Origin: Glaucostegus cemiculus | Lineage: Eukaryota | Direction: 5' to 3' | Assembly (NCBI GenBank): GCA_976551045.1 | Contig: CDPCPM010000196.1 | Span: forward strand, 4,650,001 to 4,714,000 | DNA: 64,000 nucleotides | Shown here: in pieces, positions 26,090-39,606 of the stretch | How positions within the stretch are numbered: position 1 is the first letter of the stretch | How the letters are laid out: each line of letters opens with the position of its first letter | The notes under the pieces: model-generated | Told to the model about the DNA's origin: nothing | The model's database searches: none | Seen by the model: the letters and a program-made list of their open reading frames with translations, nothing else | Program-made: the position numbers and the translations under genes

Positions 26090-26915
26090 GAAGTGTTAGT
26101 ACAGGGAAACAACATGAGTTTTTGTTCTAGGATGAAGACGACTGTTCTAAGGGATTCATTGTGGGACCTGGTTTATAAAGATTGCATTTTGATTATGAAA
26201 ATATGGCGGTTTGTGCCAGGGAATGGGAAGACATCAAAACGGTGTAGCGCCTGAGATGGAAGTCAGAGGATAACAGGAAAGAGCATCGATTCGATGTTTA
26301 AAGACTTAAATCTAGTTGGGCAAGGACAGGTAAGTATTATGAGTCCGACACGATAGTGCTGCAAGTCATTTTTGGCTAATAGACAGAAGTGGGCTGTGCG
26401 GGATTGTGTCACCATCATCCTGGAGGCTGTCGGGTGGAGATCTCCTCATGTGAGGAGATCTGTAGTGGTCCGTGTACATTGCCCTGTTGTTCAATGGTGT
26501 GCATGCTGACCACGGGCGTATTGGGAAGCTGTCAAGAAGCTGCCTGCCCTCTGGCTACTGCAAATTAGAGGTCGGTTCGCCAGAGAACAACCGCATCATA
26601 TTTGTCTACCGAATTGACGATGCTGTCAGGATTGGTGTGAATGATTGTAGTGATGCACGTTGAGAGCAGGTGATATTAGAGTGGGTGAGGGGAGTGGAAA
26701 AATCAAGGAGGAGGATGTTTCTTTGTCAATTTGAAACGGTAAGGTCTGCAGAGGATGAATGGCAATAAGGGAGTATTCAAGAGGAAATAATGAAGTTGGA
26801 AGCGCAAGGCTGGGTTGTCACGGGAAATACAGGTGCTGGGTGGGCTCTTTGCCAAAAACAGAAGGCACAGAGGCGAAAGTGATATCATATCGAACAGGAA
26901 CTCGATGAGTTGCGG
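26090..26915 (-). mobile_element. Penelope-like element, 5' part (continuation)
   Basis: Continues the Penelope sequence across the TSD and is homologous to 41913-42545 and 55122-55750. Confidence 0.75.
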
Positions 26916-27439
26916 CAAATGAAGATTACTTCCATCGAAGTCATTCAAAGGAATACAGAGAAGAATTTTTTTTTTTCCCCAGAAGGACAATTCTGAATAC
27001 CAAACGAATATCGAAATAAAATCGACAATTCTCTTTGTATCACATTGGTCGGCCAAGTTTTAAACCAACGTTTCGGAACGGCATATATGTGTTGCATGCT
27101 GTGTGATTTAAGGTTCCATTAAAAATAATTTGAATATTATCTTATCAAAGTGTTAGTATATTGCTGAACAGAAAGCAAAGATAGAAGGTATGATTGTAAT
27201 ACAAGACACACGCGGCAATAGAATGTATTCACGTCATGAAACAACTTTATAAACTCTTTTACATTTCGTGGTTTCCGGTTGAAATACAGGGTGAGAACCA
27301 ACGTATTAAAAAGGATAGAATTCTGAAAACTCGTTTGTCTCATTTCCATTGTTCGGGAACATCTCTGACTCTGGGTCAGACAGAAGCTTTTATTTTAGCC
27401 TTTGACAGCCACGATGCTACACTCCAGATTTCAGTGATT

Positions 27440-29420
27440 GATTAATATTCTGTCATTATTTAAGAAAGGTTGCATGAGAAATACGAGGAACGACAGACCA
27501 GTGACTCCAAAGTCAGAGCTCGCTAATTCATTCGGAGAGGATTTTGATAAGCCATGCATCTGTAATGGCAAGGACTGATAAGCGTTAGACAGCATGGCTT
27601 TGGGAAATACTGTCTGAGGAATTATTGTCCAAAGTGCTAGACGAAGGAAGCGCGGTAGACGTTATCTACATTGTTTCAGCAAGGTCGCTGATAATGCACC
27701 GCGTTATCGGCTAGCCCAGAAAGCTGGAACACATCAGGTCCAGGGAGTAACAGCCAAATGAATACATCATTGGCTTGAATATAGAAGGTCGTGGTGGGTA
27801 GTTGTTTACAAACTGTAGGACTGACCAGCAGTGTGTTGCAGTGATCGGCGCTGCGTTCGCGTTCGTTCATCATTTATATGAATGATTTGTATGAGAATGC
27901 AAGTGGCATGGCAAGTAGGTTTGCGGATGACACTGACGTTGATGGTATAGCGAAGAGTGAAAAACATTATCTGAAAGTACAACATGATCTCTATCACCTT
28001 GACCAGTTGGCCGATGAATGGCAGATGGAGTTTACTTCAATAAATGGAAGCTATTTCATTTTGGTAACATAAACTATGGCAAGTCTTACAGACGAAATAG
28101 GAGGTCCCTGGGGAGTATGATATAACAAGTTGCCACGGAGGTGGACATGTTACTGAAGAAGATATCTGTAACGCTGGATTTCGTTGGGCAGAATACAGCG
28201 TACAGCTGTTGGAACGTTAGATTGTAGCTGTTAAATACAATGATAATGCCACATTTGTAGTGCTATGTATAGTTCGGTTCGCCTTTATTTTTAAAGGATG
28301 TCATTGAACTGGCGATAGTGCTAAAAGATCTAAAATAATGGTATTGGTATTTTTACGCTTGAGTTCTGAGAAGAAAGTAGATGTTTGGACATTTTTTTTC
28401 ACTGTAATGCTGAATACTGACGGATGATCCAATAGAGATCTATGGAATCATGAGGGACACAGGTCAGATAAACATCCAAAAGGCTTCTGCCCAGTTTAGG
28501 GGAGTCGAATACAAGAGGACAGTGTTTTAAAGCGAGAGGGGAATGCTTTAAAGGGAACCGAAGCTATTTTTTTTTTTCCGCAAAGGTAGTGAGTCTTCCT
28601 GCGGAGACTGAGAAAAGTAAACTCCCCTCCATCCATCATGAAAAAGTTTTACAAAGGAACCGTGGAGAGTATCCTGACACACTGCATCACCATCTGGTAT
28701 TGGAACTGTTCAGCCACTGGGCGAAAGTCACTGCAGAGAATAGTGAGGGCTGCAGAGAAGATTACAGGTATCGCTCTACCCGATATTGCGTATATGTATA
28801 GGACCGCTGTGTCATAAAGGCCACAAGCATAATACCTGACACTCCTCACCCCTACCACCAGCTCCGTGCACTCTTGCCATCCGAAAGGAGGCTCCAGTAC
28901 ATCCGGGCAAGATCCAACAGACTGTGCAATTGCTTTTTCCCACAAGCCATCAGAACCATGAACTACCTCAAAATGCTGCTCTCTGTCCCTCTATCCCTCC
29001 CTCCAAAACCAAAGGATGCGAGGCACACAAAAATGCACCAGAACATTAAGTGTCCAATGACTGCTGCGTCAGCACGTTCATTTGAAGCTGTTTTTATTCG
29101 AGTCTCTTTTTATTGCGGCTCCGATGTCTATGATGTCTTTCTGGCTTAGTGTCTCTTATTGTTTTTAATGTGACCGCACCTTGATCTGTAGAGTACGGTA
29201 TTTCGCTCCCATGCGTGCTGAATGTGTACATGGAAGTGACCATGAAATTGATTCTGATTCTGATTCTGATTCGAAAACGAGAGACCACAGTAAGTGATAC
29301 AGTCAGGTACTACGGAATTCAACGCATTCAAAAGATACAATCTAATTTAGGGACTTTTACCTGCGCGGCCGAGTTGGAATGAAGGGCCGCTTTTCCGTGC
29401 TGTATACCCAATGCTCCTGT
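27440..29420 (+). mobile_element. Degenerate CR1 LINE RT and 3' end (unit A), interrupted by a Rex1-like insertion
   Basis: MNDLYENASGMASRFADDTDVDG..LQ-type..WQMEF (ORF 27878-28072), with a CR1-like 3' UTR (ggaatgaagggccgcttttccgtgctgta) at about 29375-29405. Confidence 0.8.
28595..29272 (+). mobile_element. Rex1/Babar-like LINE, 5'-truncated 3' end
   Basis: Encodes FLRRLRK..FYKGTVESILTHCITIWY..LQRIVRAAEKITG..LLPSERR..RSNRLCNCFFPQAIR and ends in an (ATTCTG)n tail. Absent from units B and C. Confidence 0.88.
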
Positions 29421-29505
29421 GATTTGCTTAGCATTAGACGAGGTAAATCCCGCGAACGGATTGCATGGAGATCTGAAAAGCGAGTTGAAATTAGGCGAAA
29501 TCTTT

Positions 29506-29811
29506 AAGATAAGATAAGATCTTTATACGTCAAATGTATATCAAAACACAAGATGAAATACATCTTTTGCGTTGTGACTTTATTTTGGGGTACAGCCCGG
29601 AAGTGTCGCCACGCTTTCGGCGCCAAAATAGCATGCCCATAACTTCCTAACATGTGCGTCTTTGGAATGTGGGAAGAGACCGGATCACCCAGAGAAAGCC
29701 CACACAGACACGGGGAGTACGTATAAACTGCTTATGGACAGTGGCGGGAATTGAACACGTGTCGCTGGCGCTACAAAGCATTGTGTGATCCATGATGGTA
29801 CAGTGCGTCCC
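29506..29811 (-). mobile_element. V-type tRNA SINE (specific to unit A)
   Basis: Same family as 5696-5987, with an (aagat)n tail. Absent at the homologous positions near 45140 and 58420. Confidence 0.82.
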
Positions 29812-32449
29812 ATGATAACGTCAGTTTTATTAACGGAATAAAGGTTTCTATTTGTTGGCCTGTGGGTGGAGGAGGTGCGTGGAGCTTAACTTCATCATAA
29901 ACGAACGATATGTTCAGCGATATTCGGCCAAATATTCTCAGATTTCTTCAGATCTTTACACATGCACGTGCGGATCGCAGATAGAAATGCTGAAAATATT
30001 GTTGGCTGACATAATATCGGACGAAACGTTCTCTCCCGGAGTCTTTTTTCTCTGTATTTCAGCGGGAAACCACCATTCCACCTTCGAGCTGCTTAGGATA
30101 GTCCAAATTTTTCAACACCCAGCTTTCAAAGCGAACGTTTGCTGACTCGATAACAGCCAGAAAGATCGAGGTTCCTGTAACCCCAAAGGTCCAGGCGCTC
30201 AAAGAACATGGTTCATGAACTTGAAGTTAAAATAAGCTCTCTGTGTATTTCCATTTGACATGCCGGTTGTTCCATAGGTACCAGCGCAGAACTCTTAGTA
30301 CAAGTAAGGCACTGTGAGAATATCATTGCTTGCTCCAGAATATAACAGAAAAATACGCGACACTTAATTTCACTCACGATGAACTCTTTTCAGAATGGTG
30401 ATGTGTGCTCAGAGTGATGTTGATCTCAGTCATTGGTACCATTTTTTAACCAAGCCAATTGATCTCAGTGCGCTTCTTTTCCTCTTCCGTTCGCCACAGA
30501 AGGAAGGACGTCAGAGTGTTGAAAAGCGAGTTGTGCACTTGTTTTGAGCCTAAGTGATGCAGCCTATGCAGTTCCATTTCAGAACTTGCAACGTTGACAA
30601 TTGCTTTCATTGAACTTGGTAAGTGGGCAGAATGGATCAGCATGAATCCTGACCAACAACTAATTAACTGAATGAATGGATACAGTGCCAAGAAGATGCA
30701 GTGCACTAGCACTGGACGCGAACCGCGCTGTCGTGTGACCAGTGAGGCAGAACGCTGATGGCGGTTAGTAGTGCTCCATTGGAAAGGCAGAATAAAATGA
30801 TGATAATATGCTACACCAATATCGCTGATCAATAGAAATATTCACTGTTAGTAACTTCCATTTTGTAAACCAATTATAGGAAAAAATTCTGAAAGTTTAC
30901 TATCTGCAGGATTAAACGTTGTTCCAAACGGAGTGAGAGAGAATGCATTCATTCTATGAGGTCTGTGGCCGTTTGGTATTTATATCAATGGGGAAACAGC
31001 ATGTGAGATACTAATTATAATCATGAAATAAACATATTATATCTCTTTAAAACGACAAATTGTTGGGAATCTTCTCTGTGTCAGGTGGCATAAGTGAAGA
31101 AAGAAACGCAGTTAACATTCCAGTTCTCTGACACCTCATCGAAATGAAGCACTGTTCATCGATGCACGAGGAGATTTTGTAATGATCAGAATTCAAATTG
31201 TATCATAAATCATATTCAGCTAAATCTCAGATTCTGAAATTTGAAAATATTGAATTAAAAATCATGAAGGTATTTGAAGTATAAAAAGATGTGTATGTAC
31301 TATAGACTGATTCCTTCAGACCTCCGTGGAGTGACATACGCTGTCCTTCTTCTTTCGTTGGAAATAAATACAATTAATACCAAAGATATTCAATTCCTCT
31401 GGAATGCACTGAACATTCAGATATACGGAGGATAACGAATGGATGTTAAATGTAATGATGCGGGAAATAATTGGAATTGGCTAGAACATAAAATGTACGT
31501 GCAGATTAGTGAACTCAACAGAAGTTACAAGAGCCGACTGCACTGAAAACTGCGAATATACAAGGAGACACGGAAAGAATGACGTCACCTGGTATGAGTT
31601 AAGGTTTTAGCCACATTTTGACAAGTCCAATGGGAAAAGTCAGAATGTACTCGAAATTCTAAAATCTATTGTGAGACTGAGGAGCCAACGGCAAAAATGC
31701 ATATGTGGCTGTCCTAAATCAGTTTACCTTTCCTGAGATGCAGACTGGGTGATGAATTAATCACACCATTCTCCACGTTTAATCTGAAGTGGATGGTACA
31801 ACATCATGTGCTGAAAAAATGTATAAACGTTTGTGAATATGCTTGCACGTGGACAAAAATGAATGATGAGTTGGTTGATATGGTTCCAATAATGTCCTGG
31901 ATGACATCGGCCTTATTTTCTTTTAAAACTGCAGTTAGCTAGGTAAGTGGAGGGTGTCCATCCTACTCGTCCGTTGTGCCTTGTTGAAGCTAGAAGTAGA
32001 TTGTCAGCAGTGCGTGTGTGTCTGCAGGATTCCAGGCACCTGTCAACCATGTGAAGGCACAATATTTATAAGGCTAATCACGATGCATCTGTTTGAATTT
32101 GAGTCTCACGAAGCTCACGGTTGCATTCTTTTTGATAACAATGGCAATAAATTTCAAATGTAGGATTTCCAATTCTTTTCCTTTCGACTTCATCAGTTTC
32201 AGGCACTACTGTGGCTCTGACATTGCTACTGAGATACGAGTCCACGACTGAACGTTGTACAGGTCTATAGGCTGCTTCCTTTGTTGACAAGTTTCATTGG
32301 AATTGAACTTTGCTGGCTCTTCCTCAAACTTCATGATACTTGAAGCAGATGATCAGGATTTGGGCGAAAAATAATTCCTTCCGTGATAACCTGCGGTTGG
32401 GCTTATTCACACGACACAACTATGGCGCACCGTAGGTCAGAGGCTTTCA

Positions 32450-33400
32450 ATAATAAACAACAGTCAATTATCACCGATTGCTTTTTATCAACGTACCAAT
32501 TGTGGATCCACTTTACCAATTTGCTTTCATTCCCACCGGGTTCTACCCTTTCAAACACTTGACCATAATTATATTTGCCTCAGGTCTTTTCCAAGACAAT
32601 ATAGATTACATCAGCTGCACCGCTCCATCAACATATTTCATTACCACTTCGAAACAAATCAGTTAAACCGATCAGACAGGTGCTCCCCATAACAAAGCTA
32701 TAGTGACTCCCTTTGACCTTCCCCTGCTCTGCGCAAGTGATGACATATCCCGTCCCTCCATAATATTTGAAATAAAACTTCTTTACTTTCCGTCATAATG
32801 TACCACATTTGATATCCTCCACTCTTCTGGCATTTCACCTTGTGGCTGTAGCAGATGTATTGGTCTCCGTGAGCGCTTCAGGATGCTCCACCGTTACCAA
32901 CACTACTAACAACCCCACAGAAGCTCTGGATACCTCTCAGACCCTCTGTTCCATGAGAATATATCATCCTATCCAATGTTTCCTTATGGCAACATCATGG
33001 TGTATCTCTTCTGCACTGTCTCTATTATTATCACTTTGGTCCTGTGGCGTTGCGACTAGAATTGCGCAAGGTACTCCAAGTTCGACTGGAAAAAGTCTTG
33101 TTACATCCTAACCCGTGCGCTCAGTGTCTCGGACGAAGAAAGCAAGCACGCACAGTGCTTTTTCACCACGCTATCAGCCTGCATCGCCATTCCTTAAGAA
33201 CTATCAACTGCCATCCATTTGTCCTTTATACATTAACACTTCTGAAGCCCTTAATATTTACTCTGTATTCTATGTTTCTATTCGATGTAACAAAGTGCAG
33301 TACTTCTCACTGATCTGCATTACATTTATCACCAACCTCCGCCTTCGCCAACTTTCTAATAGATCCTTGCCCACTTTACCATTTCAAGAGCTTCTTCGCT
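32450..33400 (-). mobile_element. Old CR1 LINE remnant (unit A)
   Basis: Antisense RT-like segments (VKGSHYSFVMGSTCLIGL is similar to the CR1 SQHGFVKGRSCLTNL motif). Paralogs at about 47250-48220 and 61240-62130. Confidence 0.6.
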
Positions 33401-33878
33401 ACGTATGTTCCACGTATTGTAATTAACATTTCTTTTAATTTCCATGTAACATTGAAAATCTTCAAGAATAATAGCAAACATGAAAAAGGTACAGCATGTT
33501 AGTAGTTAAATTTTGTACAGCCAGTGTTTGTATTTTCTTCATTTCATATATAATCTATATTCTCTATATAACCGAATTTCCAACAAACGTCTGCCTTGGC
33601 TGATGGGATGAAAATATCGTTCTATTAGTGGGAATGTATGAGGACAGTGATATTTGATGTAGTTTACTTTTCAATAATATATTAATCACGAAATGTCAAA
33701 AATTGGTAACAATAAAGGCGTCGCTTCCTGATCTGTTTATACTAAATATAGTTGATGAGAATTTCGCTATGTTCATGTGCCACTTGGGTTTTCAATCTAA
33801 TATAAATACGATTTTACCGTCAGAAGAGGAGAACATCGTTACTATTATCGTCGAAGTTAGTGGCGCTTCTCTCAGAAT

Positions 33879-36800
33879 ATAGAAACACTGGTAATCATAC
33901 AAGTGAAAAATATTTATTACCCTGTTCTTGCAATCGTTGGCGTTCCTGGTAAGTTCGTTATTAGAAGATGTTTACATTGTTGCACCTTCACCGTGTCATC
34001 TGTACATTCCGTACAGTGTGACAACCGCTTCAATGATTTTGCACAGTCACTGTCCACACAAAGGCGGTTCCTGTTTGCCAGTTAGATGCACTTATTAATA
34101 ACTGCACGTCAGACATAACTCCGATGAATTTATATTTATTCCTCATTGTTGACATTGCTATACAGAAAATTTATCTGTACAGTCATTTTCCGCAAAATAA
34201 AAGTTTAGACAACCCTAAGCCTCAAATGTCATGTTTCATCTTTCATTCTGGGTAAGTATCGTCCTAATATCAAGAAGAGTCGCCAATCGGAGAACAGATT
34301 CTATGGAACTCCAAATGTAAAAGCACACAAAACAATTTTGGAAATTCCGTTCTTTGTTGTTCGTCCATTTTGAACCCTCCAATTGTGACAGTAGGTAACC
34401 GGATGGAAAAAAAAAATCCATATATCAGCGATGAATTAAGCTTGCAAAATGCGAAGCCACAACTGGAAAATAAATTGTGTGCTCTTGCACCAACAATGTA
34501 TATTTTTAATTTGCATATTCTCTGTGGGAAGTCCTTAAACTATCCGATAAGATAAGATATTAATTTATTAGTCACATGTCCATCAAAACGTACAACGAAA
34601 TGCAACTTTACGTTCAGTTTTCTGGGGCAGCCCGCAAGTGTCACCATGCTCCCAGAGCCAACATAGCATCCCCAAAATTCTTAATCTGTACGACTTTGGA
34701 ATGACGGTGAAAACCGGTGCAACCGGAGGAAACCCTCGCTGACACACGGAGAGGACGTATAAACTCCTGCCGCTGTCTGATTGAATTCATACTGCGGCCG
34801 GAATTAAATCCGGGTCGCTGGCGCTGTGATAATGCTACGTAAAACGCTATTTTACCGTGCCGCCCATCCCAAATACGTTGAAGTCATGCTTCCAGGTATA
34901 CTTCCAAGATGTGAAATTTCATTTGAAATTAGAGACTTAGTGTCCCGATATATTTACTGTTGTGGGATACATTCAGGACTTCTGAGATCATTCAGATGAT
35001 CAGATATATAAGTTCCTTGTAGCAGAAACCACTCAGCTAACAATGTAATTTCAATTCTCAACATGCAATAATGAAAATTTGGATTATTCAGGTGTTCGCA
35101 ATATTGTAAAATTACCCGTCTTTGTCCCATGTCCACTCTGTGGAACAGATAATGCAATTTGGTAAGACATTTGTTACCAAATGTGATGATATCAATGAGA
35201 TAACTTGTTTTTGTCGTTCGAGATGAATGCATTAAGGGAAAAAGAAGAATTTGCACTGTTGCACTGCATTGAACATTAACGTTTAAACATACAGTGCACG
35301 TAAAGTCACAATTCTGATTGGAAAGAGTGCACTTGTCAACTTTTGCTATGCTATCATTAACTTAAACGAGCTGAAGTAAGAAATGGTAGGTTGTATTTTG
35401 CAGAATTCACTCGAATTAGTTTCCAGAGAACTGTTTGGAGTTCATTATTTGCACTGCAAGGATGTTATTCGGAACAGCCTCTTGGCCAATCGAGTCTGCT
35501 CTGATTTTCACCTCGGTGCTGCAATACTTTCTCACAACAGTAAACTTTTATTCCTGATCAAGCAAAATCATTTTTTTTGCCTAAAATATATTTAAAAAAA
35601 CACAGTTTCACCAATACAGCGGAAGAGATGTCCATAGATCAATGATCCACCGAATAACAAAAATTGTTAATTTCTCTTCGGTGTGTGAGAACATTTTCTA
35701 AAGTGCCAACCAGCTGTGGATAGATGCTTGGAGTCAATAACTACTCCCAATTCACGGTAACAAGCGTCTTATATGTTTAAAAAAACCACATACCTTAATC
35801 TTGTAAAGTATTGAGAATACCACACTTATCCGTCCAGCCTTCCGTCATCAGATATTAAAAGGAATTAAAAAATGGCACGAGGTATATCCAGTCTCAGCAA
35901 AAATATCGGTGAAAGAAGGCTTTGGTAACATGCTGCTCAAAACGATATCATTCAGACCACAAAAGCAAATGAACTTCCGAAATCAGACGAATTCGGCATC
36001 TTTGACAACATTAATATTCTCTCCGTTGCAAGGCTTACCAATCTCTTTTGTGTTTTGCAGCTAACATAATTACAATTCTCGTTCTCTGTCTTGGAAACTG
36101 CGGTCTCTCCAAATGCATCATCCGCAACCTGATGTCGATGGCTTTCGCTGACCTGATGGTTCTGGTATTTGATGTAATTATCAGATTAATGACAGTTACT
36201 TCCCATATTCAATCACGAACTATACTCCGGTGTGTAGTCTTAACCTGACTCTATTTTTTGTTTCCCTTGATTGCTCTGTCTGGTTAACCGTGACGTTTAC
36301 CTTTGATCGATTTGTTGTGATACGGTGTCAAACATGACGGGTAAGATATTGTACAGAAAAAGCCGCTGCTGTGGTGGTGGCCTTGGTGTGCTTCTCAAGT
36401 GTTTTTCAAAATGCTCCCACGTATTTTATATATGAACCTCTGCAAATAATTGACAAAATGCCATGGTCCTGCGTATTAAAATCGAGATTATATACTATGA
36501 CATTATGGATAACACATTTGTGGCTGGATACAATTTTATCCCCGGCTTTGCCACTTACTTTGATCGTCCTGCTCAATGGACTGACAATTAGACATATTGT
36601 ACTGGCGAACAGAGTGAGACGTGGTCTTCGAGTAGAGAAGAACCTTGAGAATAGCACTGATACAGAAATGGCGAATCGAAGGAAATCAATTACATTACTA
36701 CTCTCCATATCTGACACTTTTATCTTGTTTTGGATGGTAAATTCTGTTTGTTATTTGTGCGTGCATTTCACAGGTAGTCAGTTTTTAGGAATTAATAACA

Positions 36801-36979
36801 ATGACCCGTTCACCATTGCAGAACCGTCTGGATATATGCTGCAAAGTTTGAGTTCTTGCTCAAATACCTTTATTTATGCAGCCTCCCAGTCCAAATTCAG
36901 AAATGAAATAAAGAAGGAAATTAAACGTCCGCTCGAGCTCTTTGGCAATATAATAAGGACAATAAAGGTTAATTTCTAA
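33879..36979 (+). pseudogene. GPR139-like GPCR pseudogene, copy 5 (full length)
   Basis: Exon 1 (33879-33948) has the start changed to ATA but an intact gtaag donor. Exon 2 (36061-36979) has a 4-nt deletion at about 36180 relative to copy 6 and a TGA at 36335-36337. TM4-TM7 are open (ORF 36371-36979). Confidence 0.93.
34546..34865 (-). mobile_element. V-type tRNA SINE in the intron of copy 5
   Basis: Same family as 5696-5987, at the same intron position as the SINEs in copies 6 and 7. Confidence 0.82.
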
Positions 36980-37574
36980 ATAAGATGCAACATAAACATC
37001 CGTCGAATTTCAGATGTTCTCTAATTTATATGCATGCTCAGACCTTAAAAGGAACTTTGAACTGTTCTGTTTGCCGAAGGTGTGCAGAATTGCAGCAGAT
37101 AGATCCTTCTCGTCCGGTCATTTCACGTCAATACATTTCGAGGCTACTATTGTCACTTATATAATCGGCAAGACATTTTAATACTCTGACTTTGTTGATG
37201 TTCGGTTTTCAAGAGTAAAGAGAAGTGGGCATTAGAAATTTTACATATCTCCTTTCATCCCTCACTCTCAACTGCCTGTCCCAGCAATTATCCTGCTGTA
37301 CCTCTTCATTCATCCCGTTAACATTCAGCGTGATGTTATTTAAATAAACAAAGGCAAAGTTATGCATGATTTCGGCCTAACCTGGCAATGTTCCGATTGA
37401 TTCTTGATCCAAACCTCTTTCTTTGGAAAACAAAAATGCATCCTTATTGAGTGTTACTTCAAAGTGTCGGTGCATGGAAACTTACTCTCCCAGATTCCAG
37501 TGCAAATATGAAACAGTTTGTCCATGAATGATGGATGGCAGGTCATTTAATGTTGAGAAATACGACAAAATGAA

Positions 37575-38255
37575 ATTGCTTCTGGAGAATATCAGCATTT
37601 GAAGCGGCATCTGTGGAGGCGAGGGGATATTTGACGTTGCGGGTCGTGAGTCTGTATCACGACTGAAGATGTGATCGAAGATTTCCAATACAATGTGTAA
37701 AGGGAGTAGTGAGAGAAGGGCTAGTAAAAACAACCATGTCAGATGGAGACGAATGTGCAGATGAAACCAGGTGTTTATGTGGTCGTTGGAGATAGAGGCT
37801 GATGCCTGATAGGGAAATACAGATTGGCAAAGTGGCAGCAGGAGCCGAATGAATGCAGGGCATGACGAAAGTAGTGTTTGATGCTGGAAGGCGATGTGGA
37901 ACAAGAAATGGGGATGAGGCTGTGTAGATGGAACAAGATGGTGCAAGGAATCGGAAGGACAGGCCCAGAAGAGCAAACGTGAGTGATTAGTTGAGTGGGC
38001 GACAGGCAGATGGAAATGAGAAAAAAAGGAAGAATTGTAGTCCTGTTGGAGTGGTAAAAGAAAGGAAGGTGTTTGGGTTATCCCTATTTGGATATTTGAT
38101 TGTTAATAGCATTGGTTTGCAAGTTCCTCATTTGGAATATCAGGCGTTGTTCTTCCAGTTTGCGTTTTGTTTCACCGTGGCAGTGGAGAAGGCCGAGGGC
38201 AGGCAGGTTAGTGTGTGAATGTTAAAAACTGTTAAAGTGACAAGCACGCTGAATC
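37575..38255 (-). mobile_element. Penelope-like 3' fragment (unit A)
   Basis: The antisense of 38110-38190 gives LHCHGETKRKLEEQRLIFQMRNLQTNA (GIY-YIG C-terminus). A Penelope terminal motif is at about 37580-37665. Confidence 0.75.
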
Positions 38256-38705
38256 TAGACCAAGGAGTAAAGCTAATATTTGGAACGGCATTAAGTACCT
38301 TGCTTGCTGTTTGATTTAATATCCCATTGCTTATCAGACAATAGATAAATATTTGTCCCTCAGATCACTTTGAAATTCCTCCCCGTCACGTAAAGCTTGT
38401 CCTCTAATTTTAAACACACACGTCCAAGAAAAAAAGAGTATCTACAATGTTTTTTTGGTGCTTCAACATGACTTCACAACTCTTATGTTCAATGTTTCAG
38501 AGGATGAGGGAAAGCATTCTTTCTCATTAGCTATACAATTCCTTGGCTATTTTCATGGAGCTATGAACTTCCACCCACATTGTATTTGCCAGTGAAATGC
38601 GTAGCGGTCGTAGAGGGGGAAATAAGTTTGGGACTAATAATGATCGAGAGTTGGAGAATCAAAGGAAATAAATTACTCTGTTTCTTTCCGTATTAGCTTA
38701 TTTCG

Positions 38706-38787
38706 TAAGATAAGATTATGATTTCTTTATTAGTCACATGTACATCAACCACACAGTGAAATGATTCATTTGTGTCGAGTGTTCTGC
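38706..38787 (-). mobile_element. SINE 3' tail fragment
   Basis: taagataagattatgatttctttattagtcacatgtacatc..cacagtgaaatg. Paralog at about 53499-53577. Confidence 0.7.
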
Positions 38788-39089
38788 TGTGGACGGTAAT
38801 TGGCATTTGTTACTGGTCCGTGTAATTTGCAAATCACCATTTTTCAAAAGTGAGTTCCAGCGACTCAATCACCGTTGCTGAACAATGAGCTTTTCTGCTG
38901 ATCAGTTTCAGTTCTTAAACAAAATCCTTTATGCAGTGAACCAGATCAAAAACAGATATAAACTGAAGAATGTCATTAACGTCCACCGGAAATCTTTATT
39001 AACAAAACCAAAAAATGTGAAGAAAGGTTAATGTTGAAACGTTCAGTAATTTAAATATGCATACCGGGATCTTCAAAGGAAATCTAAAC

Positions 39090-39606
39090 TAACGCAAAAA
39101 CAAAAAAAGAAACTGCTGGAAGCACTCAGCAGACCAGGCATCATTTAATTCTCCGCCCTACTCCACTGCTATACGTCCAGACGCAAACTCGAAGAACAAC
39201 ACCTCAATTTATGCCTTGAGACCTTACAGCCTAATGGCTTGAACGTAGATTCCCCCCACTTTAAGTAACCCAAAACAACCCCTGCACAATCCACCTTTTA
39301 TTTCCTTTTACAGCCCATCTCCCTGTTTCTCACCTCGCCGATATTTTATCTCCCGTTCCCCCAAAAGTTACCTAGCTCTCCACTTTTGACTCATCTCCTG
39401 GGAGATATGCTCTCCCCTTCTCCCACGATTCTGCCTTTCACTACTTCTATCTCTTACTTACATCTGCCAATTACGGCATTGTGCCCACACCTCTTCCGCT
39501 CTTTTGTCCACCGGTCACTTGCTCTTTTCATCACCCTCTCTCATATATTGGGCGTACCGTTTCCCTTTCATTGTTGCTGAAGGAGGGGACTAACCCAAAG
39601 CGTGCC
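39090..39606 (+). mobile_element. Penelope-like 3' fragment, plus strand
   Basis: RRKLEEQHLNLCLETLQPNGLNVDSP at about 39178-39255, followed by a pyrimidine-rich 3' region. Paralog at 53880-54295. Confidence 0.78.

Noticed and set aside
30130-30215. F-box/LRR-like peptide LDLSGCYRVS on the minus strand
   Set aside because: It is a single short match that is not conserved in the paralogous B and C sequences.
31065-31150. Penelope-associated hammerhead ribozymes (also at about 13440, 37640, 39580, 46440, 52440, 59790)
   Set aside because: The catalytic core (CTGATGA...GAAA) is mutated in every copy. These are relics only.
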